From Carpediemonas membranifera BICM (Eukaryota > Protista > Fornicata): DNA of 64,000 nucleotides. Numbering within the stretch: the first letter of the stretch is position 1; every line of letters begins with the position of its first letter. Both the position numbers and the translations under genes were made by a program. Positions 31,880 through 40,855 of this stretch are shown one piece after another. Location: assembly GCA_019828565.1 (NCBI GenBank), contig JAHDYR010000005.1:967342-1031341 (forward strand). The letters run 5' to 3'. The notes beneath the pieces are model-generated. The model had not been told where the DNA came from, made no database searches, and saw only the letters and a list, made by a program, of their open reading frames with translations.

Positions 31880-32200
31880 ACAGGGGACGATAGGAGAACC
31901 CCTGATATATACGGTTCACAACGGGATCGTCTAAGTTCCTCGCTGACGTCCAAGTTACGGGTGGCAGAACCGACTCCAGGTCCGGTGCACCACTCCCAAT
32001 GATGCAGAGCATGCTTAGATGTGTAACTGGTAAGGAAGTGAAGTACCGCGACCTGCTTGACAAGAATGACCTTATCCCGCTCATCTTCTCCACCCGCGGC
32101 GACTATCTGCGTGACGGCATTGGGAAGCTCATAACACTCATGAGGGAGCAGGCCAAGAACCAAAGTTTACTGGTGGTTTGGTCTCAAACGTGTCTCAAAT
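31880..32200 (+). mobile_element. Fragment of a restriction-like endonuclease (RLE) domain from a non-LTR retrotransposon
   Basis: RRTPDIY (frameshift) ...FLADVQVT...KEVKYRDL....LIPLIFSTRG, i.e. the PD..D..K..KY..P..F.T.G pattern. Confidence 0.55.
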
Positions 32201-32648
32201 GTTCGCCCGGCTTGGGTACGAGCCGAGCAGTGCCGGCTGGCACGAAGGTTTGCGCTGTTCAAGCTTCCTTGACTTGGCGACTCCGCGCCAAAATCGACCA
32301 AACGAATTTTGTGTCCACGCTCCCCGCGCCGGAGTCGCGTCGGCGCATCTACGCGCCCTCCCACTCGCAGAGTGCTCCTCGTTGTGGTGGTCCCACAGGG
32401 CAAGACACTCAAGCAAACGATGGACCGTTTACAGAAGAATTTATGTGAGTTTACATAAACTGCACTGACTCTGAAGTCTAAGACTATTGCACTCGTTATT
32501 CTGATGTGCCGCGGAGGATTAGAATTATTGAGTTCAAAGCACACAATGATCCAAGCAGAATCAGGATCGCAGTGTGGTTCATCATACTCTATCAATCGTG
32601 CGCAGCATATCACGCGTGCTGCAGCGCGTGCTTGCTCAACTTAGCAAG

Positions 32649-32980
32649 TTAATGATAGCGAGGAAGAGCACCTCTCTGGGTGCCGTAATGAAAAGGAGAT
32701 AGCCCTATCTGATCTGGAGTGGCGTCGAAGGTACACCAATGGATGTTCTCGCTGGCGCTCTTATCTCGGTGAGAGAGATTGAGAAGCATGTCTCTCTGCT
32801 CGGGATGCCGACTTAGCCGTTTATCGCGCCATGGAGCTCCCTCGCACGCGGGATTCTGGCAGAGCATGGTGCGGTGTGTGTGCACCACACGTCTGAAGTG
32901 TGCTTTGCAGTATGGGCACACGATGGAAGTGCGGAATTCCGAGACCATCGTGACACTCACGACGACGTTGTGCCGGAGCA
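32649..32980 (-). mobile_element. Fanzor/TnpB C-terminal fragment (RuvC-II, zinc finger, RuvC-III)
   Basis: 'VTMVSEFRTSIVCPYC....RTMLCQNPAC....HRDKSASENI' matches the V.E..TS..C..C...C...C...RD..A..NI signature. Confidence 0.75.
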
Positions 32981-33559
32981 TGATGCCAGGAAGAGAGTAA
33001 CAGACGAGCACAGACGCGAAAGAAGACAGCAGCGTTCGACACAGACGACGCACTCTTTTCGTGCAGACGACTGAAAGCACGAAAGCCCGATTGTACAGAC
33101 GAGGGCTGAAGTGGGTGAGTGGAGGTAGTGTGCCGCGCAGGATTAGAATTGTTGAGTCTAAACCAAGATCCCGCCCAGAACCGTCGCTCTTACCATCGCC
33201 GACGCCCTCATGTCCGCTACCCTTCTGGTGTACGACAGGTGGGCCGTCAGACTGAACCTGTTCAGTCCTCTGGAGTTCATCCCAGGGGGGTCGACAGCTT
33301 AAGTCACCTTTACACTGAATCCTCCACATAAAACCTCTAAATACCACACGGCGTTTGTCATAGAGTGCACCTTGGCTGACTGCGCAGTAAGTGCATCGGA
33401 AGGGTCACTGAAGTGATCCTGCATGCTTTGCCACCCTCATGCTCTCTTCTTAAGTCGTCTTGGAAATCATCTTCTTCAGTCAACCTTGCCAACAGAAAAT
33501 CGTCTGCCACCAGAATGATGGACAATCGCCACAGCTAGCTATTTTATTTCAAGCCGCCC

Positions 33560-34125
33560 CTACCGCAGAAGCGCCCGCCCGATCCCCTTGGCGATGTTGA
33601 GCCCGCTTGCGATCATTGTACCCGCCGAACCCTCGCCGATTGACGCGAATCCTTCCGCCAGGTTGGGGGGATTGGCCAGTGTGATCATCCCGCCCCCGTT
33701 GGCCACGGGCTGCACTGATTCGTCGATCATGATCGCGATCTGGCCCAGATGGGACGTGATCGTGGTCCGGTTGAGCGCCTGGCCCTCGGGATCCAGGTTC
33801 CTCAGTGCGTTGCCCATCTTCTCCACGAACGTGCTGAGAGAGAGCTCGTTGCCCGTGTCGATGTCCGCGGCGACGACAACGAAAATAGATCCAATATTGC
33901 GGTAGACGACCATCATGTCATCAGCATAGATGCAGTTGCCTGTGTAACATCAATAGCATGCAACAAACCATCATTAGCGGTCTTCTTCGTTCTGGAAAGA
34001 ACACTTTTGCTAAAGGTTGTCAAAAAAGTCTCATCGTTGGCTGCCGTACCAAAAGTCTTGGCAAAAAGGTATCTGGAAGAGTTATCGCATATCGCGACGC
34101 AAATTATTGGGCTGAATAGCGACAT
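33560..34125 (-). CDS. COPZ: Coatomer zeta subunit (longin/sigma family); intron 33940-33968
   Basis: 'AICDNSSRYLFAK', 'VVYRNIGSIFVVV', 'NELSL', 'IMIDE'. The 29-nt intron GTTTGT...GTTACACAG joins two ORFs in frame. Confidence 0.8.
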
Positions 34126-34289
34126 TTGCTCGGTGGACGTTGATCATGACTCGAAATCGACTCAAAGCCATCAGAGTTTGGAGGGCTTCACTGCTCCACC
34201 GGTAGGCTCACGACGCGCACAGTCCGCAGCAGTAACTCGGCCGCATTTTACAGTGATTGATTTGACGTTGTGCAGAAGAAGGTTGAGAC

Positions 34290-35303
34290 ATGGAAAGGAA
34301 GCCTGCGAAGAAAGGAAAGGTTTTCGTCACTGGTGGAACCGGATTTGTGGGTTCTAATGTCGTCAGAGTCCTCCGGGAGAAGGGCTATCCCGTTCGTCTG
34401 CTCGTCCGCGCCACATCCAAGTTCGATCGGCTCCAGGGGCTCGATTTCGAGACTCATGTCGGCGATATCCTCAACTACGACAGCATAGAGGCGGGTATGG
34501 ATGGCTGCGACTTCTGCCTGCACCTGGCGTGCATCTCCAGCTGGGATGACATCGGGTCGCCACGCATGAAGCAAGTCGCCTTCGAGGGTACGAGGAACGT
34601 GCTCAACGCGGCCAAGAAGCTCATCATCCGCTTCGTCTTCGTGTCGAGTGCTGCAGCGGTGGACGGCTCGTTCAAGCCGATGATCAACGATGAGACTGCG
34701 CGGTTTACTCTGCATGGCAGCCGCTGCAGCTACTCTATCGCCAAACACGAAGCGGAGGCGATCGTGCTGAAAGAGGCAGCCAACATGCCCGCCGGCGCTG
34801 TGATAGTGAACCCTGGGGAGATCTACGGCCCTGACGACCACGCCTTCATCACGGCCGGCAATATCCGGGATATGGCGAAGGACTGGCCCGTCCTGGCATG
34901 CACCGGCGGCACCGCCATCGTCCACGTCGACTCGATTGCCCGCGGCATCATCGGGGCAATGGAGAAGGGCCACAGCGGCGAGAGATACATCCTCGGAGGG
35001 CCCAACCTCACCATCCCCGAGCTCGCTAAGACTGTCCGCAAGGTCACCCGCCGCAAGGTGCCCATCCTCACGTTCCCGGGCGTCTTGGCGCTGATGCTGG
35101 TGCGCATGCTCGCCTTCCTCCACCTCCCATCGCCGGTGCACCCCGCCCTCATGGAATACGCCTGCCGGTACTGGTTCGTCGATGACGTGAAGGCCCGTCT
35201 CGAACTGGGCTACGGCAGCGCCGAGGAGGGGTACAAGTATCAGGACGCAGAGGAGATCATAGCGTCTGTCGTCGGGTGGCTCGAGGAGGCGGGGCACATC
35301 TAG
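34290..35303 (+). CDS. Extended SDR, NAD-dependent epimerase/dihydroflavonol-4-reductase-like (HpnA-like)
   Basis: VFVTGGTGFVGS, HLA, FVSS, YSIAK (YxxxK), NPGEIYGP, GERYILGG. Confidence 0.9.
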   Translation: MERKPAKKGKVFVTGGTGFVGSNVVRVLREKGYPVRLLVRATSKFDRLQGLDFETHVGDILNYDSIEAGMDGCDFCLHLACISSWDDIGSPRMKQVAFEGTRNVLNAAKKLIIRFVFVSSAAAVDGSFKPMINDETARFTLHGSRCSYSIAKHEAEAIVLKEAANMPAGAVIVNPGEIYGPDDHAFITAGNIRDMAKDWPVLACTGGTAIVHVDSIARGIIGAMEKGHSGERYILGGPNLTIPELAKTVRKVTRRKVPILTFPGVLALMLVRMLAFLHLPSPVHPALMEYACRYWFVDDVKARLELGYGSAEEGYKYQDAEEIIASVVGWLEEAGHI

Positions 35304-35360
35304 TTTTATAAAGTTTTCTAGCAGTATCTTGTGTCTATAAATAGACAAGGGACCATGCAC

Positions 35361-35854
35361 TCAGCCGGTGCCCAGGATCTGCAGGGACAGTGCGCCCTTC
35401 CTCATCTTCCAGAAGATCACCATGTACTCGGCTGCCGCTGTCGTTGCGATCGTCTGGCCGACCATGAAGACGAGGTAGCAAACTAGCCCTATCAGCGTGA
35501 GGGGCGGCGAGAGGAGCAATGCGATGATGAGGTAGACCGCATGCATCGTCAGGACGCTGTCGATGCAGGTCTTCGGGCGGCAAAAGAGACCGATGAGTGG
35601 TGTCGTCAGGAGCGATGCCACGATGAAGAGCAGAATGCACAAAAAATGGATGAAAATGCCGTCACTGAATCTTGTTATTCCAACTGTGATGGCGAGGAAG
35701 TGTGATTTTGGCTGCTGCGTGAGGGGGCATGCGGGGGACAGACTGTGAAGGCCAGAGGGAGCCGCAGGAAAAAAGCAACGACGAAAAGAAGAGCTTGATA
35801 GATCAGCATAAGCCTGAGCCTCTTTAATGGCTCTGGGCGCATGTCAGTCGACAT
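35361..35854 (-). CDS. SYS1: Golgi membrane protein SYS1-like; intron 35715-35743
   Basis: The 29-nt intron GTCTGT...CTCACGCAG gives a 4-TM protein with 'RPKTCIDSVLTMH..YL' and 'AEYMV...MR' (cf. SYS1 R.K.CLDF..T.H and GEYLC). Confidence 0.75.
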
Positions 35855-36022
35855 CGGTGAGGCTCGTCGCGTTTGTCAACCCAAAACTGCACATGCCTCT
35901 GCGAACTCGGGGCCGCAAACGATGACTAGCCATGCCACCGCCTGCTACCCAGCTGCATCACGCTGCATCGGGCAGTTGATGAGGAGGACATACATACAGG
36001 ACGATGACGGCCGTCGAAAACA

Positions 36023-39000
36023 ATGGCCGCCCAGGACTATGACAACACCCGCGAGTCACCCGACTGCCCCCCGCACCACACTGAAGCTAGAGCTAGCGGC
36101 TGCCATGACAACCGCAGGTTAAGGTTCCAACATCGCCAAAGCAGCTTTGCTCACAGCCGTATGGACCCACCAAATAAGCCCAGGAGGGGCCTCGGTGGCC
36201 AAATAACCACACCTAGCGATGTGAACGAGGATGTGAGTATTTTCCCGTCCGTATTCAGTGCGTCGGCCTCAGCTATTACTGTTTCTGAGTATGGAGACAC
36301 CGAGATGACCGCTAGCACCACAGAGGAGGAGTATTACTCACCACTGACACGAAAGGCCATTGATCGGGTCGAAGACGCGCCTATTGCGGAATGTTTGAAC
36401 GACACGATCGGAGACATCATAACGCCCGAGTCCAACTCGGAGCAGACTGCGGACGGGTCGGTCATCATCCACAATATAGAGGTGCCCCACGGCTTGTCTC
36501 GCGAGGTCAGCCGAACGTCAGCCGATGGGCATGCCGAGACGGATAGCCCCTCTGAAACGAGCGGGCTGTCGTCGATCTCGACGGGGTCCTCCTTTTTCGG
36601 CACATCGGCGGAGACCGGCATACAGGGCGTGCTTATGAACGTTCAGACATTCCTATACGAGGTGGTGTACCTTGTTGTCAAGGGCAACACTTTCTTGACC
36701 CCGCTCATGACGGCACTGCTGGTGGTGGACTTCCTGCAGCTCCTGTCATTCGCAGTTGACCCCGGGCCGAACGACTACGGCACGTCGTACATCTTCAACG
36801 AGTACCTTATGGAGGCCCTGAAGGTGCTCCGCTTTCTACCGAGCACCACGACCGCGACCGTCACATACCTCATGGCAGGCGCTGCTACTGCCACGCTTGT
36901 TTTCATCTCGTTCGTATGCGTCTATATGAACCGGCAACTGCGGGCCTCCCGCATCCCGCCCATCTTCCTCATCCGTTTCGTCCGAGTCGCCATAAGTCTT
37001 GTTGTCACGGTTCTATTTATCCCCATCAACACGGTGTACATCCGGTGCGTGGTCGCCATTATCCAGCAGCAGGGCAGCTCTATCGAGTGGACTATCATTG
37101 TGGCCGTCATCCTCGCCATACAGGTTTGCTTCATCGTGGTCGCCGTCACTGTCAACCTCATCTTCTACCAGGCCGATATGAAGGAGCCCCGCATGCTAGG
37201 GAAGATGCACAGCCGCGTCGACGCCGCCATGCTGCTGGCCAAGGTCGTCATGGTCTTCGTCTACAACGTCGTCCTCGCCGGGAACTTCACAGACGAGCAG
37301 TTTTCATACTTCTTTCTTCCAGTAATGCTCGGCTGCTTCACCCTCATCGCCTTGTCCCTCGCCGTGTTCCAGCCGTACTACCGCCTGCCCACGAACATAC
37401 TCAGGGCGGGATTCTTCGTCACTGTCGCATGCTGTGCCGCAGTTTACCACATCGGACTCATGTTCGGCCTGCACCCGGCCCTTGTCGATGCCCTGCTCAT
37501 CGCTGTGAACGTCACCGTCAATGTGCTCTCCGTGGTCACCATCATCGGGCTCGAATTCTGCTACACATACCCCGTTCGCCGTTTCCTCAAGGCCCTCCAC
37601 GCCCACATGCCCCCGCGGTCGCCGACCACTGGCGCCCAGGAGCCGCTAGACCGGGGAGACGCCCTGCCGCCCGCGGTGGCCGCTGCCCGACCCCACTGGA
37701 TCATGCCATTTGCCGTGGAGATCTCCATGCGGCGCAAGGTCGCCGAGATCAGGTGGCTGTCTCGCAAGATCAAGCACAGGCTGCGGCAGAGGCCTGTGTC
37801 GCTGCCTGGGTTCGAGGCCGACGACGAGCCCGTCGACATCAGCGACCTCGAGACACAGAGAGAGGACGCCATCAACGACTGCTTCAGGGTGTACCAGTTT
37901 GCCTTTAGGTCATACCCCACCGAAATGTGGGTCTGCGCCTCGTACTTCGCCACGATCTCAGCCTTCCGGCCCCTTGCTGTCACTGACTGCAACAAGCGCG
38001 CCCTTCGCATCCAGGAGCTCGCGCAGGGCCGGACATCCCTCGATACGATGTACTTCTTCTTCCAGGCGTTTAGATCCCGGCGGACGGGCGGCAACGACGA
38101 TGAAATAGCCCGTCTCGAGCGGCAACGTCGGCTGAAGTCGACGGCGCACGACCAGCAGCAGCTACTGGACGATAGGCGCGAGTTCTGGCGCCAGGTGCGT
38201 GTCCTCAAGAACCGCGTGGTCACGCCCAAGGCACTGTCAGACATCAACAGGCTCACCTCGAGGATGTCGTTCGCCATTGACCGGCTGAACGCGAACTACA
38301 TCTCCCTCCTCCAGGAAGCAACGCCGCGCATTTTAAGACAATATGCAACGTTCCTTCGCGATGTCATGGGCCTCGAGGGGCCTGCCCACCTCTACATGGA
38401 CCATGCCTACGAGCTGGAGGCCGACACCGCGAAGGAGACGGCGAACGTTCAAGCTATCGACCTCGCCAACGGCCGCAGCAAGGGTGTGTTGTTCGGCGTG
38501 GTGCAGACTGGTCTGGAGGTCCGCGCGCTGGTCTGCTGCCTCATGCTGGCCGGGATCCTGGTGGGCATGGCCGCTAGCATGTACTTCATCGTCCGTCTGG
38601 TGTTCCAGCATATCCTGGCACTTTTCTTCGCATTTACCGGCGTCATGTACGGGCTGCAGCTCTGTGCGAACGGGCTGCTCAACTACGCCGCCCGCGACGA
38701 CCCTGCTATGGCGGTGGGCTTCCTGCCGATGACGGAGAACCTCTTCACAGCCATCCTGAAGACGGGCTCAACCTCGTTCATCGAGCAGGCCTTCTCACAG
38801 GTCGAGTTGGGCACGATTCTGGCCTTGGACGACACCATTCTGCCCCAGGCGTTCAAGGCAGCGTACCTGGAGGAGATCGACACCCTCGAGTGGGCTGGAG
38901 ACACGTTCTACCCCCACTTCATCACGACTTGGGTCATAGGGAAGTTCAGCGCCCACATATCCAGACTCACTGACACTTTGATCGACGTCTGGCACGACGT

Positions 39001-40657
39001 GCCGCTGCTGGACGCCATCAACATCGCCCAGGCCTCGATGCTGGAGGGCCCGCACGAGTTTATCCCATCCGACGAGGATGTTGAGGTCATGTCCGTCGGT
39101 GAGGCTCTCACGACGCTGCTGCACACGATCAAACGGATCTCCACGGCCAACAAGGCGGCCCTACTCGCGCTGGACGGCACGTATCCACTGGGCCACGACG
39201 CCTACGAGACGGACATCGCATTCGTCTTGGCCAACGTGCCCCTGATATACGACGAGCTCGAGCGCCAGCATGAGGAGTTCCTTGTCACCGCCCATTTGTT
39301 CCCGTTCACACTGACATGCCTCCTCGCGGCCTTGGCGATCAGCTTCTCCGCGGTGATGATCGTCACGACCATCGCTGTCTTCATCCTGCCGCTGCAACGG
39401 TCGTACTACAGGACGCTGGATCTGCTGGCAGTCTTTTTCTTCATCCCGAACGACATCATGAAACGCCTCACCGAGAATGACGATGATAGGAAGGGTACGA
39501 GGCCGAGGTCGCCCACCAAGAGGCCGCACGCCGTCATGTTCAACGTCCCCGACTCCCCTATGGCCACCAACATGTCGACGACGTCCGACCAGAACACAGA
39601 GCCGTTCTCCAACGCCGAGGACGCTCTTGACGACGCGGCCCGGGCCAAGCATTGGCGTCGGTCCCGCCCCATCCTTGTCCGGTCGATGATCGTGGGGGTG
39701 CTCCCCCGCATCGCCATATCGGGGCTGGTCATCCTTCAGCTGTACGACGCATTCACGGGTTTCCTGGTGTATCGCGTGATTGGGGACGCCAACATCGGTT
39801 CGCAGTTCTTCATGCTCTTCAGCGGCGTCATCAGCAGCGTGTCCATCGCGGGGCAGCTCCAACGGCTCGCCAGCTACGAGTTCATGACTGGCGTGCCCGC
39901 CAACGAGACGAGGACGGCGATGTTGGGCCACACCGACCGGCTGAACGCCGTGTACTCCTATTTTACGAGCACCACGCACGCCTACGGGTCCCACTACTTT
40001 GACGAGATCATGGAGCAAAGCTTCTTCGAGGTCGTAGCCCTCAAGCTGGCGGACTACTTGACGCCTGCGACCTGGGTGGCCGGCGACGAGTCTTCGACGA
40101 TCATGACGCTGATGTACGAGCCTAATTGCCCACTGGAGCAGGTCAGTCCGACCCTGTGCGCGGCGATCATGGGCGGCAGCGGTCGTAGCATCCCCTTTGA
40201 GAGCCAGGCGGGCCTTCTCATGGCCTCCCAGTTCGGGATGATGGCGTCAAGGATGCTGGCCGGGCTCCCCACGAACCAGACGTGGGACTCGGCCGAGTTC
40301 TTCCAGGAGATCGACCGGTATGGGCAATCGATGTACTTCCTTGATATGATGAACGCCGTGTACAACAGGCTCGTCGACTCTATCGACTTCACAATCAACG
40401 TCATGGGCATCTTCACTGTTCTCCTCGGCGTCCTCATCGCTGTGCTGTACGTCTTCATCTTCCGCCCCATCGCCATGCTGACGAAGAGGAAATACGACGA
40501 GCTGGCCGTCAACCTCGACATTGTCGTGCGGACTCACCGGATCGAACTGGATGATGAAACACGCACCATCATTGAAAAGCATCGGCCGGTCGTCCTGGAT
40601 CAGTTCGACGTGTCGGACCCGAACGCCTCGGAGGCCAGCGACGAGATGGCCTTCTAA
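36023..40657 (+). CDS. TmcB/TmcC-like multi-pass membrane protein (start uncertain)
   Basis: 'VDFLQLLSF', 'QPYY...TN', 'REFW', 'ILRQYATFLRDV', many TM blocks. Confidence 0.7.
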   Translation: MAAQDYDNTRESPDCPPHHTEARASGCHDNRRLRFQHRQSSFAHSRMDPPNKPRRGLGGQITTPSDVNEDVSIFPSVFSASASAITVSEYGDTEMTASTTEEEYYSPLTRKAIDRVEDAPIAECLNDTIGDIITPESNSEQTADGSVIIHNIEVPHGLSREVSRTSADGHAETDSPSETSGLSSISTGSSFFGTSAETGIQGVLMNVQTFLYEVVYLVVKGNTFLTPLMTALLVVDFLQLLSFAVDPGPNDYGTSYIFNEYLMEALKVLRFLPSTTTATVTYLMAGAATATLVFISFVCVYMNRQLRASRIPPIFLIRFVRVAISLVVTVLFIPINTVYIRCVVAIIQQQGSSIEWTIIVAVILAIQVCFIVVAVTVNLIFYQADMKEPRMLGKMHSRVDAAMLLAKVVMVFVYNVVLAGNFTDEQFSYFFLPVMLGCFTLIALSLAVFQPYYRLPTNILRAGFFVTVACCAAVYHIGLMFGLHPALVDALLIAVNVTVNVLSVVTIIGLEFCYTYPVRRFLKALHAHMPPRSPTTGAQEPLDRGDALPPAVAAARPHWIMPFAVEISMRRKVAEIRWLSRKIKHRLRQRPVSLPGFEADDEPVDISDLETQREDAINDCFRVYQFAFRSYPTEMWVCASYFATISAFRPLAVTDCNKRALRIQELAQGRTSLDTMYFFFQAFRSRRTGGNDDEIARLERQRRLKSTAHDQQQLLDDRREFWRQVRVLKNRVVTPKALSDINRLTSRMSFAIDRLNANYISLLQEATPRILRQYATFLRDVMGLEGPAHLYMDHAYELEADTAKETANVQAIDLANGRSKGVLFGVVQTGLEVRALVCCLMLAGILVGMAASMYFIVRLVFQHILALFFAFTGVMYGLQLCANGLLNYAARDDPAMAVGFLPMTENLFTAILKTGSTSFIEQAFSQVELGTILALDDTILPQAFKAAYLEEIDTLEWAGDTFYPHFITTWVIGKFSAHISRLTDTLIDVWHDVPLLDAINIAQASMLEGPHEFIPSDEDVEVMSVGEALTTLLHTIKRISTANKAALLALDGTYPLGHDAYETDIAFVLANVPLIYDELERQHEEFLVTAHLFPFTLTCLLAALAISFSAVMIVTTIAVFILPLQRSYYRTLDLLAVFFFIPNDIMKRLTENDDDRKGTRPRSPTKRPHAVMFNVPDSPMATNMSTTSDQNTEPFSNAEDALDDAARAKHWRRSRPILVRSMIVGVLPRIAISGLVILQLYDAFTGFLVYRVIGDANIGSQFFMLFSGVISSVSIAGQLQRLASYEFMTGVPANETRTAMLGHTDRLNAVYSYFTSTTHAYGSHYFDEIMEQSFFEVVALKLADYLTPATWVAGDESSTIMTLMYEPNCPLEQVSPTLCAAIMGGSGRSIPFESQAGLLMASQFGMMASRMLAGLPTNQTWDSAEFFQEIDRYGQSMYFLDMMNAVYNRLVDSIDFTINVMGIFTVLLGVLIAVLYVFIFRPIAMLTKRKYDELAVNLDIVVRTHRIELDDETRTIIEKHRPVVLDQFDVSDPNASEASDEMAF

Positions 40658-40855
40658 TTATTTATAATGCTATAAATCTCAGGACCGCACCTTTTACTTT
40701 TTTATCTGCCTCCCTGGAGGGGGTCACGAACGGGGACGCCGATCGGCCTTCCCTTGGTGACATCCTCCCGGAGGAATGGTTGGCCACAGCCGCATCTGAT
40801 ATGCATCAGTGCTTGTATACATAAACTCTCTTCGAACGACTTTAAATAACAAGAC

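Larger units (their letters stand above)
31837..33154. repeat. Three dispersed copies of the 27-nt motif GTGTGCCGCGCAGGATTAGAATTGTTG
   Basis: 31837-31863 and 33128-33154 are identical; 32504-32530 matches at 24/27. Same orientation, spacing 667 and 624 bp. Confidence 0.9.

Noticed and set aside
31837-33154. CRISPR array
   Set aside because: Spacers exceed 600 bp, there are only three copies, the context is eukaryotic and no cas genes are present.
32649-33347. Intact 232-aa Fanzor gene
   Set aside because: GTG start, no RuvC-I motif, and only the last ~110 aa are Fanzor-like; treated as a fragment.
40686-40700. U5 snRNA loop-like CCTTTTAC
   Set aside because: No enclosing stem; consistent with a U-rich 3' UTR.
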